Positions 24,964 to 37,559 of a stretch of DNA of 64,000 nt are shown in pieces. The DNA is from Klebsormidium nitens (taxonomy: Eukaryota; Plantae; Klebsormidiophyceae), in NCBI GenBank assembly GCA_000708835.1, contig DF237391.1, forward strand, positions 12,971 through 76,970. The letters are read 5' to 3'. Under the pieces are notes generated by a model, which did not search any database, was not told the origin of the DNA, and worked only from the letters and a program-made list of their open reading frames with translations. Numbering within the stretch: position 1 is the first letter of the stretch; every line of letters starts with the position of its first letter. The position numbers and the translations under genes are program-made.

Positions 24964-25604
24964 CTTTGGATATCTATGATCGAGCTGTCTCAGAGTATCT
25001 CTGGATGAAGCTCTCAAAGTCTTTGAACAAAGAAGGCAAGGCGGGCTTGGAAGTGCATTGGCGCGGCTTGGATGCTCAAATTTTCAATGCTTTCGGATCC
25101 TTTCGGTGTGATGCAAGTCGGTGTGGAACAAAACCATGGCAGATGAGGTGCCGGATGGACCAGGAAAAAGGAACGGCTCAATTCCGTTGAAGGATTGAGC
25201 TGAGCAGCAAAAGCGGCTCATGTCAGCAGATGCAGATGCTGATGCAGATGCGGATGGCGGCGCCGAGTCAAGACGAAGCTTGCCGAGCGGGCGGCCTGTG
25301 CATGCAAACTGATTGAAGACGCCAGGTGGCACACGGTTGGCTGGCCTTCAGGCTGCCGGGAATTACAAGTTACCCGACTTAATTGGCATTCATGTTACCA
25401 CGACGAAGTCGGAGCTCTGGTTTCAATCCAGCTGAAGTTCCAGCCGAAGAAGCCGCCCACAGAGCGCTCATGCGCGCGATCGGTCCTACCACAATTAGCG
25501 CGTATTTCCGTCCTGCAAGGGCCGGCCCGGCGACGCAGTGCGATGGGGCCAGCGAATTCGAGAGCTCTGGCGCATCTTGCAAGGGACACCGCCCTACACG
25601 AACA

Positions 25605-25620
25605 TGACACGTGTCACGTG
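25605..25620. promoter_or_regulatory. Overlapping G-box/ABRE-like palindrome upstream of PLD
   Basis: TGACACGTGTCA is a perfect 12-bp palindrome overlapping a second CACGTG; ~640 bp upstream of the putative PLD ATG. Function untested. Confidence 0.3.
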
Positions 25621-26249
25621 CATGCCCGAGCTAGGGAACACAATGAATGACGGCAATATAACTTAACGCGTCCTGAGACGTGCGCATCTAAGTACTAATG
25701 TTAACGCACCGCGGTAGCTCAATCTTCTGTACTCAATTTAAGTTGCCCTCAGGTCACTCATTACGTACATGCGGACAATGAAATCAACAATGGAGTAACG
25801 CTATTGCATCTTCTCAACCTGAGTCAATTAGGTACGAGCATGGCAAAGACAGCAACATATCTCCGAGTAATTTGCGAAGAAAGTTGGAACGGCTACGCAG
25901 TCGGAAGGAGAGGACCAAGATTGACCATGAACGCCGAAGATGAAGTGCTGGATTGAAGAAAGTTCTCGTCGTACCTGTTTTGGATCATGATTCTGCATGG
26001 GTTTTGCCTTTGTATGAGACGCATTTGCAAGAGCAGATACAAAAGAACATACATACATTTGACGACACCCAAACGCCTTGAGCTTGGATGGGCTTGAACT
26101 TCTATGGCTTGCACCAACAAGCGCGACTTGCGCATCCTACTTGCAACTTCCCCCTTCGCTTATCCGTAATAATGATAGTTCCACCGAGAAGAGCCAACAA
26201 CAATAACCACCATATAACGACAGACACATACCTACACAGGGCCCCCACA

Positions 26250-29200
26250 TCATCCTTGTACACTCATCGCGCTTTGCAAAGCCGCCTGCTGCGCCGGCGA
26301 CAACGCCCCAAACGTCGCCCGCACTACGTCTACCGGCAGCGAATTTTGCAAATGCCGCAGGACGGCCCGTATCCGCCCGGCGGCCGCGTCGGTGACTAAG
26401 TCCTTTTCCGTCAGCACTTCCGCAAAAACGGCGATCACTTTCGGGAGGTTTTGCTGCCCCGGGCCAAGCAGGTCCGGGTCCGACTTTTCGACGAGCGACA
26501 CCAGGTACTCGTGCACGAGCTTGGCTTCTAGTTGGTCGTTTTTGATGGGCAGGCAGCTCAAAAAGGCAGGTAATACCTGGACACAGGGGGGTTCGTCAGA
26601 CGCTAGTAGGGTTGTAAACTCTGCTTACAAACGTTCGACAGTACAGGAAGGTGATCTCTGTTGAGTTAGACGCCTACTGGGAGCATCTTGACGAGTAGCT
26701 CTATACCTTGGAGTACGGGCCCGGCACACAAGGCGAATTTGATGTAATCAACAGCCAGGCTTCCAGCTTCAGCTGCAAGGCCCAAATTGTTGCGACATAC
26801 AAGCAACACAGTGAGCATTTCTTCCGGAACGGCATGTGTTGCAAGGCAGAACCAGTGACGTTCCTTGATTGGAATCAGACCGGACGAGAGCTATCCAGCG
26901 GGGGCAAGTACGATGCAGAAGCAGGCGTAGCACTGGGGGCTCCAAATCCTCTTAAGTGCAAAATCCGACAGGGCGCCACCGCCTTCACCAGAGAGCATCA
27001 ACCGTAATGACATCCACGAATGAGCACAACTCAAATGAGCCAAACCCTGCAGCCCGCCCACCAGTTTCGCGTCTATGCAGTCCCGCTGGAACTCGCAGAT
27101 CTTGCCGACCGCGCTGATCGCGTTTTCCGTCGCGAGCACGCTCTCCTCCTCGCGCGCGCCCTCCGCGCTGATCACCGCGTTCAGCTTCGCCAGCGCCTCG
27201 TGCGCGACGCCACGGAACCGCGCGCCGCAGAATTGCGCGCACACGCCGAGCCCGAACACCGCGGCCTGCCGCGTGTCCGCGTGCGGGTCCGTTGCGCTGT
27301 AGTCGAAAAAGTTGATTCAGCTTCGGCTAGTACTTCTGCTGTCAGAGTCACAGAACTTCACATCTTCCGTTCGGGGAAGTGAAGACTCGGAAAGGAAAGA
27401 ACAACTTCGTGAACGGTCCTAGGAAGGGGAAGGTTTGCCAGCATCAGCCTTGAAGAAGCCGATCCAGGTGAGAACAAAGGCCTACAAATCTTCATCTACA
27501 ATCAGCATAGACAAGTCCGTTTCTCTAGTCAGATTGTCGGGAATCGGAATCGAAAGGAGTCATGATAAATCATCACCTGTGGAGCATCGCCGGCATGAAG
27601 AGGTCGAATGAATATAAATGAGAGCATAAGGGCGTTCAGATTCTGGTCGACTTCAGCGTCATGAAAGATTCCCTTTCTCTCGCCGGATTTATCGAAGTAA
27701 TTCCAAGTAAAGTCTGTTCGGAATCGTCACCTGTGGAGCATCGCGGGCATGAAGAGGTCGAAGTACTGGTTGCCGGGTTCGCCGGTCTGTTCGATGAGGT
27801 CGTCGAAGATGCAGATGATCGCGCGGCGCTCGGCGGCGGGGCGCTTGGGCTCGAGCAGGGGCGCGAGGAAGGGGACGAGCGTCGCAATGAGCGGCAGCAG
27901 CTGGGCCTTGTACACCTTGAGCATCTTGCCCAGGCATTCCGCCAGCTGCGGAGAGGCGAGCGGAAAATATAAGTTATAGTCGCCTCACTCTCTCTGAGGG
28001 GTCCCGACTCTAACACTGATAATCATGCATAAAACGTGGCAACAACTGAACTTTGTGTACACTTTGAGCAGCTCGCCAAGGCACTCCGCCAGCTGCAGAG
28101 ACGCGAGCGGGAGCTGGCGCTTGCTTAGGCTGCTAATAACTCGAGGACGACTCAAGGGAGTATCAACTCGGGGTTGAAACACCTGCTGTTTGCGAAATGC
28201 AGAGTAACCATGCTTTATATTTGTGAACGTTGCGAAAATTAGGCTGGGATCGTAAAGGGGGCAGCGCTGGGCAGCAAAGTGTGGAGTCCACTGCGGCGTT
28301 CTGAGGAAGCAGTCGCAAAGAAGCTAGATTTCGTCGGCCGGATTTGGAAGCTCGTCGACCGGATCTAGAAGCTGAGATCAATAGAATGGGCTGCACTTCC
28401 AGAACAACCCGTTTCTGTTTCAGCAAGCCACTCGCAACACCATCAGGGCTCAGAGCAGACGCCGGGCATGAACAACAGCACACACATACCTCTTCCAGCA
28501 ATTCAGCTTCCTGTTCAATCTCCTCCCCAAGCACCTTCCCCCCAATGATAAGCGGACACTCTCAAACCTTAAACCCTAAAGGCGCAAACCCCTAACACCG
28601 GATACAACAGAGTGAACACCCATACCTGTTCCAGCACTTCGTCTTCCTGCTCGATCTCCTCCTCCAGCATTTCCCCCTCCTCCTCGTCGAAGTCCTCTGT
28701 GCGGCTGCGCGCGTGCTTCTCCTCCTTGCGCTTGAGCGTCTCCGTGATGACTTCCTGGAAATTGTCCACGATGCTTTTCACTTGGCCCGGGTCCAGCAGC
28801 GGCCCCGCCACCTGGATGCACTCGCCCAACGACTCCAGCATGCTCGCCACGATCTCTGCCTCGGGCTCCTGCGGGGGATGTAATGCTGGTGAGTTTCATA
28901 AGTTCAAGCGTTACGGTTCCTATGATGAATCTTGGTGAGTGAATGCATCTTGTTCTGGTGTAAAGAGAGACCATGAAAGACGCGACTCCAGCATGCTCGC
29001 CACGACCTCCGCCTCTGGCTCCTGCGGGGGGTGTAACGCTGGTGAGACTCTACAAAAGAAGAACGTTACAGAGACTGAGTGTATGAGGCTGTTGATATCT
29101 ATAAAAGGAAAACGTTCTGGTGACTCTACCGTCTCGGACTCCTGCCGGGGATGCGATGTATGTGAGTTGTAGTGAGGGAGAAAACACAGCGACTTCAAAC

Positions 29201-32200
29201 AAGTCGCTACGGATTGCCGCTTCCGGCTGCTGCGTGAGAGGAAACACTGGTGGAGTTGTGACGAGTGAAAAGATATGAGAACGTCTCCAGCAAGCAACAC
29301 GAGAAGCAAAACGCGGGTGTCTCTTTCAAGGATTAAGCCTCACCTTGCCCAGGCTCTCTACCAGGCTGCCGATGATGACGTCAGCCAGCTTTTTCAGCTG
29401 CTGGATGTCCTGCCCGTTCTTTTTCAACGCCAGCTCCGCCGACCGCAGCAGCTCCGGCATGGCTGTAGAGCAGTTTGAGAAACATTGAGCCAAATGGCAC
29501 ATCCATCTAAGCCCTTACACTGAAGTAATCTCCTCCACTCTTTGGAGATTAAAGGTCGGAGTCCGAGGATAGTTAACGGAACTGATGGCTTGTGGCTAAG
29601 AGTTCCGAACGATTCAATGGTACTTGAGTAGAGTAAAGAGACGAAGGATCAAACAGCAACGCCCATGGCAAAACAATGTTTGATGTCTCACAATCTGCTT
29701 CACACTGATAAGAGGCCCTCTCAAGCTCTGACAAACTCATGGCGGCATCTGGAGCGGGCAAGCCTCGCTCCTTTCCCCAGAAACGAAGTACCTAAACTGA
29801 GTCACGGCCGTGCCCACGTATCGACGATGGTGCACGAACTCTCACCTGACACGGCAGCTTTTCGCACTTCCTCATGGAAGTAGAATTTGATCAGCGGCAC
29901 CATGATCTCAGTTACCTGCCAGAATCAGAAACGAGCATCTCAGTCACTTACTTGATGCACACCGAGCGCCACATAATCCAGGGACAGGAACGCAGCGTAT
30001 ATTGGCCCCTGGCTCATTCTTGAACCTTGTCCTGCTCGTTAGTTTCTACTCTTTCTCGGCTGTACGACAGAAACGGAAACGCCACCCTTGTTGTCCTCAG
30101 AGAAACGTGAACAACGCTGTCGCATAAGAAAGAGATTGCGGAAGTCACAAAAAGCAAGTGCTGTAGATAGCACGCCGTACCTGTTCCACCCAGGGCGCGA
30201 AACCCTCTTTTAGTTCGTCGGCATAGCAGCAGAGCATGTTGCACGCCGTCGCCTTCTCCTCCAGCACGCTCGTCCGGATGTGTATCCGCTTGTCGCCCAG
30301 CGGAATCGTCTCGATGCTGGCGGAACAAAGCGGGGCGTCAGTCGACAAGGATTGAGGAGTCGGGTTGCACGGTCCAGGTCAAGAGACTCAGTGTTGAAAT
30401 GATTCAACAGATGGTGCACTCTTCAGCGTGGTCTCAAAGAATCCCGGGAATCATCGAAAGAAAGAATCATCGACAGCATTCGATGATGCATGGTCCGGTC
30501 TATAACGGACGGCGACGTGAGAGGCGTGTTGCGGATGCGAACGTGAATGTCAAAATACGGTCTGGGCACTTTCACTTACTGCAAAAGCTGGAATTGAAAA
30601 CGGCGTAAGGCAAGCGACATGGGGACAGCAGATTACCACCGACCAGACTCGTCTTCGTTCACGCTCAAATCTTGACTCGGCGTTCCAAAGAAGGCACCCG
30701 CTCTTGCAAGTAAAGTCGCCAAGCTAGGGGCGAAACCCAGAACTCCCCAACACAGCAACCTCTTTGTTCAGCACCGTAACTAGAAGTGAGACTGACCTCT
30801 CATCCTCCTCGTCCTCGTCTTCGTTGTCCGAATCTGCGTTCCGGACGGTGATGTCCGGCTTGAGCTGTGCGGACCGCAGCAGGGGCGGCATCACGATCTC
30901 CATATACGGCAGGAACTCCTGACCCAGGCACTTGCAGAGCCGCGCCCAAGCCTGGCAGGAAACAGAAGAGGGACCAAGTTCAGTGTCTCATACCCCTTTA
31001 ACTTGTTTCCCTTCTCGCAGATCCTTTCACAGCCAACATGACTTGGTTCCTCCGGATTCACTCTTGCCTCGCTCCTTGCAGAATCTCACGTTTGCCAACT
31101 CGACTTGAATTCCTCTAAACCGACATCAATAATGTGCGGAGCATTCTGACGTCAACACCGTCGAGTGGCACAAGACTGAGGCGGTGCTGTAACGTACCCT
31201 CCCTCCCAAACGAACAATCCAAAACCGGGATTGCTGCGAACCAGAGCGACAGCGTTGTCTATGTGCGGACACTCCGTCGAGCACGCAATTGCATCACAAG
31301 CCCCAATCTTTCCAGGAAACATCTCGCAAGCATACCTTCCCCGGAGAAACCTCCACAAGTGCAATTACGGTATAACCACCACTCCCACCCCATCAACTGA
31401 CCAACCCAATAAGCGCACCTGCAGCATATAGCTTATCGTCGGGTCGTCGTCGTCCATGTCCGCGACCTGCAGCTTGATCAGCACGTCCATGACCTCTTTC
31501 GCGTCCGCGCGGAATTTATCTTTTCCGACGGCCATCCCAACTAGACTGATGCACTCCATGGACTTGGCGCGCAGCATGCGGTGCGTCTTGTCGGTCGCGT
31601 GCAGCAGGATGGACTTGAGGTACGGCATCACGGCGGAGTAGTACTTGTCGAACAGGTTCTGCAGGGAGGGACCAGGGGAGCGGTTCGACAATAGTCATCA
31701 CTCATTAAAATTGAACTTGTGAGGGACTGGAAGTCCGGAAGCGGAAATGATCTTGAAATATGGCATCACGAGTAGTACTTGTCGAACAGGTTCTGCAGGG
31801 AGGGACCAGGGGGGAGATTCAACAGATGATCAGAGGCTTGACCGTTACTATAAGTCAATCTTGGCATATTGGCATCACCACCAAGTGATGCTTATTGGAG
31901 CAACTCAACGACGACGGTGAGACGCCTGGCCGTAAGTAGAAGACAACCTTGTAAAGGTTTATTGTATTTCGAGGGCAGAATGGATCGAGGTCTGTCAACC
32001 CACCGTAGTGCTTATTCAACAGAATCTGCAGAATTAAGCAAGGGACTTCAAACAGGCTGAACAACGAGGCCGCAACTAATCTTCTCTTAGGCGAACCCTT
32101 TCGTCTCGGCCCGCAAAAAAGGAATCAAGAGATGTACCGTGAAAACGGGCAGCACGCTTACCTGCGCGCAATCCGCGACCGATGCCAGGGCCGTCAACGC

Positions 32201-35200
32201 CCCTTCCTGCACCATTCTCCGGCCCCCTTGCTGCAAGTACGGAAAGGTGGTTCAGCAAGACACTCGGGGGAGCTCTTATTTGCACTCACTCCCCTCAACC
32301 CAAAATCGACCTCGCTTACAAACTTTCGGCGTCTCTGCTACAACGTTTGCACCAAAGGTCAACGTCGAGGAACGTCGAACGTGTCATCCATAACTGCGAC
32401 TGTCTCGGTTATACAGACACGACTTTAACTAGACATGGAAAAGAACGTACAGCACGAATTGACCCTGTAGCATCGGAAAAGGGAACCCAAACGAAAGCTA
32501 CGGCCTCACTTGTAGCAGCACCAACAGCTTGTTGATGAGGCTGTCGAGGTATGGTTCCAGGATCTCGGGCGCGCAGTTCTCTGTGAAGTTGAGTACCGCT
32601 GCGCTCGCATGCGCCTGCAGGAACGCGAGATGTATTTCGTGTGTGTTTCGGAGGCCATAGAAGGATCACGAGCTTCCGCCAAAAGGACACCTTGTGTTTG
32701 GAGCTTTGTTCGGGGGTCCTTTGAAGCCCTCAAAGCAACACTCCGTACCTAGATTGGATCGACCCCGACACTGCCGTTCCGGCCGGGCGTGTGAACAAGG
32801 ACTTATCCGAACGAATGAACTCACTAACGAGGGGAGAAGGATTTCGCATTCTGCCCAGCCATTCGTTGGCGTCTGCCTTTCATGCACACCTGTGTCTCAT
32901 GCCTCCCCCCGTCTAAGCACTTCACACTCTAGTACGGCTCACCTGCACCCGGGGGCTCTGGAAGTCGTCCATGGAGTTTAGCAGCGCTGGGAGGACTCTG
33001 GCGTGGAACTTCTTTTGCAGGTTCGGCCCCAGGTCGGTTGACAGCTGGCCAAGCGCGTTGATCGCGGCCCACCGAACGCGCGGGTGGGGGTCCCCCAGGG
33101 ACGCTAGGATCATCTCCACGACAGGGCCCATGTCTTTCAACAGGACCTGCGAAGCAGGAGATGAGCAATGGGAAATGCACTCGCACTGAAGCCTATTCTC
33201 ATCAGAAACAGTGGCAGAAGTACCCAGCTCTGACATGAGGAGCGCTCAGCGCGTATCACGGATAGGAACACACGAAAGTGTCCTCTCATCGACAGGGCCC
33301 GCGTCTAACAGGACCTGTGACGCAAGAAGTACTCCAGTCGGATGATAGAAACGGAAGTATTGCGGTCAATTGGATCCGGCCTTTTGTAGTGGCTGACGTA
33401 CGCAGTCCTAACACAATGAGCACTTTGTATAATGTCCAGACTGTTTAAAGACGACGGTCAGCAGGTTTGTAAAGCCACCGCTCAACTTAGGACGCTCTTC
33501 ACGACAGAGCACAAGATGTTGCGACTCAACCTGGACCACAATAACAACAATGCCATTGACATGGACTTTTCATTGCAACGACACCCCCAGCAAACACAAT
33601 CCGAATATAAAGTCTAATAAAAGTAATCGACCTTCTCATGTCCCATCCGTCACAACGACCTCAGCCACTGGACAAACCACTCTCGAAAATAAAGCCTGAT
33701 AGAGGCGTCTTCTTCTTGAAAAGCTTGTATTTAGAATGGGTCTCTCGAACTTGCCTTGGCGCACCCCTCAGCGATCTGCGCCAGTGCTATCAGCCCCGCA
33801 TGCCGCTTCTTCCAGTCCTGGTCGATCAGGCATGCCGGCACCAGCTGACTCGCCACCGGGAGGATCGTGTTCCCGCCCAGTGAGATCGCCAATCGGTCCA
33901 AGCACTCCATCCCAACGTCGTAATTGTCCTCGTCGGTGATCATCTCCTCTTCGCTGTCGGCCGTGTGCCACTTTGGTTCGTCCTCAATGGAGAGCAGAAA
34001 GTTGAGGAGCACCGCAAAGAGGCGGCCGATGAGGTGCGGGAGCTTGCGCATCATGCCGGGGGCCTTGTCCCGCGCCTCGGCGAGCGTGACCAGGAATTCG
34101 ACCGCCAGGTGGCGGGTGCTGTCCTCGAGTTGCTGGGCCTGCAAGCAAAGAAGCAGTGGGTGGGTTGATTATGTATTGCGTATGACAAGAGAAGTCGTAC
34201 AAGGTGGTGGGAAGGACCAGCCTTCCGGGCAAAGAGACTGATCAATTGCCCCAACAAAAAGCATGATCTGTTTTGTGGCTTTCTTAAACATTGACTCAGA
34301 ATTGAGCGAGTGCAACAAGAAGGCCTACATTGGAAGGGTTCGTGCACATTTACACGCAAGTCAATAGGACCAGGAGAACCCGCAACACCTAGTAGACAGG
34401 AGATGTCTCAGGCTGAAACTCCATTCACCCGGCGGAACAAGGCCCCCTGCTGTCAGCGCCACACGCTCTAAGAGAACTTGGGGTTTGTCAATGATTGAAA
34501 AGATAGCGGCTAGCTCTTGAGTGCCCCACCTCGGCAATCTGCAGCATGGCGGCCACCACGTCGACCAGCTGCTTTCTCAGGAACCGGGGCTCCGTGCCGG
34601 CAATCTCGATGAACATCTCGAGCGCCTCCTGCGCGGTTGCCTCCTCCCCGCTGTTCAGCGCCACCGTCAGTGTTTGCATCATTGCTGGCAGCAGATCCTG
34701 CCAAAAAAGGATGAAAGCAGGATATTCGGACACATGTCGGGCTATACAAGCTGCAAAAGGGGTTAGTAATGGCGGTTCTACATGCTGCAGAAGGCGAAAC
34801 ATAGATCGATGCGCGGCGCGCACATGCAAGGCAGAAACTTGACGGTCGGCACTGTTTGAAATGTTTCAACAGTTGGATTAAAGATATGGGTAACTATGTG
34901 GTGGTTGTAGCTGGCACCAGCAGCCTTAGACCATACTTCAGTCTTGAAAACATTCTGGGGCATCAATGATAAGCTGGGAAAATGAGTTAAACTTTAGAAG
35001 AGGCTAACGTTTGCAATCTGTCCGGGCCAGAGTTAAGTCTCCATGCCCAAAAGGTTCAGTGACCGGCATCTATCAGAACGACGATTCATTTGTTTTAGGC
35101 CAGAGATTCAACTCGTGCAACTGAAAATAGGACCGCACTGCTTCGGACATGGTGAAGGGGGCTTTTCTTTCAAACAAGTCGAACACCTCCGCAAAGAAAG

Positions 35201-36263
35201 TTGGTGGTGACCACCGATGCAGTTGTCAAGCATCTAGGAGTTGCGGCATTTCTGGATGTCAAGGACGCTGCATATCTAAAAGGATTCAAGCTGGAACCTC
35301 CAATACTCAAGATCCTCGTCTTGGCACAACTCAAAGCTAGCGAAACCGATGTTGGTTGCTGAACACGTCCAAGAACAGTAAGCCACCGAAGTAACGGCCC
35401 ACACCCGGCCGCCAACACTCCTTGGATCGACGACACACAACCTTTCATTGGCAGCTGCTGAAAAGGATGGAAAGGTCAACTGATTATATTCACAATCAAA
35501 CTGCCTACCAAGATCGACCACAGACCACTACTTGTTGAACAAGAGAGGCACTCAAACATCGGCAAGTCCTTGAAGACCTTTACCGCCACATTCTTGCTTT
35601 TACCTGAAACTTGTCCCTTTCGCTGGCCGTTTCCAACGTGGACACAAATGCGGTTGTCGCACGCAGCGCTGCCGTCCGAACGTCCGAACTGCTGCTGCTG
35701 GACATCCCTTCCTGGAACACGGCGTGCAGTGTCTGCAAGTATGGCTGCAGCTTGCTCCCCAGGTACGCCGCCAGCTGGCTGAATATAAGCAAGGCAATCC
35801 ACCGTAGCCTATCGTCCTGAGACTGGACAGAATTGAACATGAACGGCAGGAGCTCCGGCCAGAGGCCCTCCTCAAAGATCCCCGCCGCTAGTTCTGCTAT
35901 GCTATCGCACAGCTTCTTGCAGATTGTTTTGCTCTCCTCCTTTTGAACGCACTGCAAAAGCCCGCTTTTGACTCCATCTTGAGTCGCTGTGCTCAATTGG
36001 GGCCAAAGAGACACCTGGTCTTTCGTTATAACCTTCCTGAGCAGGACTGCAGCCATAGCCCGATTCTCCTGAACCGTCGAGCGGTGCAGCACGAGGACAA
36101 GCGTCGTCACCAAAGGGTCGGGGTGCTTCTTGCACTCCTCGAAGAGCGACTCTGCCTGGCCTCGCTCCGCATTGGACGGTGACATCAGCATCTTCAGCAG
36201 CGTTTCTGCATTGCTGAGGTCTGGCCCTAGCACCGCGCTCACAGCAGGGGAGACGGCCGCCAT
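26250..36263 (-). CDS. IPO5: Importin-5 / importin beta-3 (karyopherin, HEAT repeats; KETCH1-like)
   Basis: N-terminus MAAVS...[158 protein letters not shown]; many GT-AG introns; stop TGA 26250-26252. Confidence 0.95.
27568..27762 (-). repeat. Echo of importin exon end plus donor, 154 bp into the intron
   Basis: tcacctgtggagcatcgc(c/g)ggcatgaagaggtcgaa at 27573 and 27727. Confidence 0.9.
27905..28690 (-). repeat. Importin intron carrying echoes of both its donor and its acceptor
   Basis: Acceptor+exon start duplicated (27934 vs 28081, offset 147); exon end+donor duplicated (28621 vs 28485, offset 136). Confidence 0.85.
28830..29170 (-). repeat. Echoes of an importin acceptor plus exon start (2 full copies and 1 partial)
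   Basis: cgactccagcatgctcgccacga...ctcctgcgggg at 28830 and 28983 (offset 153); partial copy near 29135-29170. Confidence 0.85.
31637..31812 (-). repeat. 42-nt identical duplicate of an importin 3' splice site plus exon start
   Basis: agtagtacttgtcgaacaggttctgcagggagggaccagggg at 31637-31678 and 31771-31812 (offset 134). Confidence 0.92.
33121..33325 (-). repeat. Echo of an importin acceptor plus exon start
   Basis: acagggccc..gtct...aacaggacctg at 33121 and 33292 (offset 171). Confidence 0.75.
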
Positions 36264-36701
36264 TGCGCCTGCGACCAATTCCCGCTGTCCTTTATAAGGC
36301 CTTCTGCGGTCAAAGCTTACAACAGCGTACCAAGATAGAGATGAGGTGCGGCGCTAGTGCCGCAAATGAGGTGCAACTTGCAAGGGAGAGATGCAACGAC
36401 TTGGAGCTGGAGCCTGAGGACTTCTTCAGTTGTCCAGCTGCCTCAAGAAGTTGGAGCACCGTCGGCGTGAGTCGTGACGGGCCAGCTTGAATTGTTCGCG
36501 CCATTTTGGGAGAGCAATGACGTCATTCTGAATAAAACCAATGCCTTGAACCGGGCAGACGGTTTGCAGGTGTCCCACCCACAGTCGTAACTGCTGCCCA
36601 CTCGGTTGGCTCTCTTGCAGTGCTTATAAGCAAGATTACAGCCACAAGTCGCGACCAGCGATAGCAATTTCTTTCCAGGTGGGACGGACTGGCCTTGAAG
36701 G

Positions 36702-37116
36702 CAGGGTTTCCCATGGATTTTTTGGCAGCCAGTCACGGAGCCGGCACTTGGTGATTTCTACCGGCCAGAACTTCCTCACAGCCTTCAAGCCGGCGGCCGG
36801 CATCCTTCCATTTGTGCCGGCCCGGTGCCCAAGAAAGCGCCTTTGACAAAATTCAAGCATTTTTTGGCGCTCCGTATCAATTTTAGGCACAAATGCCTAG
36901 ACTCAGAGCAATTCTGGGCCGTTTGGAACATCAACAGAGGGAAATGATGATTTTATAGAGGGACTTTGTTACATAAGGTATAAGATTCAGCCGGTGGGGT
37001 GTGGTTTCTACCGGCTGCAAGCCGGCAAGCTAGCCGGCAGGGTGCCTTCGGCACCGGCTGGTCCTCCTCTCCAACCGGCTGAGATCGCCACTAAAGCCCG
37101 CCTATGGGAATCCCTG
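36702..37116. mobile_element. Non-autonomous hAT-type element (MITE), 415 bp
   Basis: TIRs CAGGGTTTCCCATGG (36702-36716) and CTATGGGAATCCCTG (37102-37116) match 13/15. A perfect 8-bp TSD CTTGAAGG flanks it (36694-36701, 37117-37124). About ten CCGG(C) subterminal-type motifs lie inside. An 8-bp TSD with CAGGG ends is the hAT signature. Confidence 0.88.
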
Positions 37117-37559
37117 CTTGAAGGCCAAAATTTGACAGCCAAAGTATATCCAGTAAAAACTTGATGTATAAGCGCACCGTTTCTGAACCACCGAGAGCTG
37201 GAACAGTATAATTACCAATCTTCATGACCGGTGCAATCCACCGGGCGGAAGCGGGTTTGGAGATTGGGAAAGCTGAGCTGGCGTGCTGGACAATGGAAGA
37301 AGGAAGAAGGGCACTCCGAAGAAAGCGGAGGAAACGGAAGGAAGGGAAGGAAACCGTTTTCGGTTTGGAAAAGCCTGCTTGGGGCCAGCTCAAGAGGGGC
37401 CGTCGAAGCTCAGCAGAGCCCGTGGAGGGGCTTCTTTTGTGTGCAACAAGCTCAACATCCCGTTGCGGGGGCAGACAGGGAAGTGGGTTGAATTTTAGCG
37501 AACGGTTCCACTGGTCGCTTGACTGGTGGTCCTGCCAGTGATGTTTGCCTTTCCTAGTC

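Noticed and set aside
25227-25255. (GCAGAT)n microsatellite / ASASAS ORF
   Set aside because: Short simple repeat with no support for coding or function.
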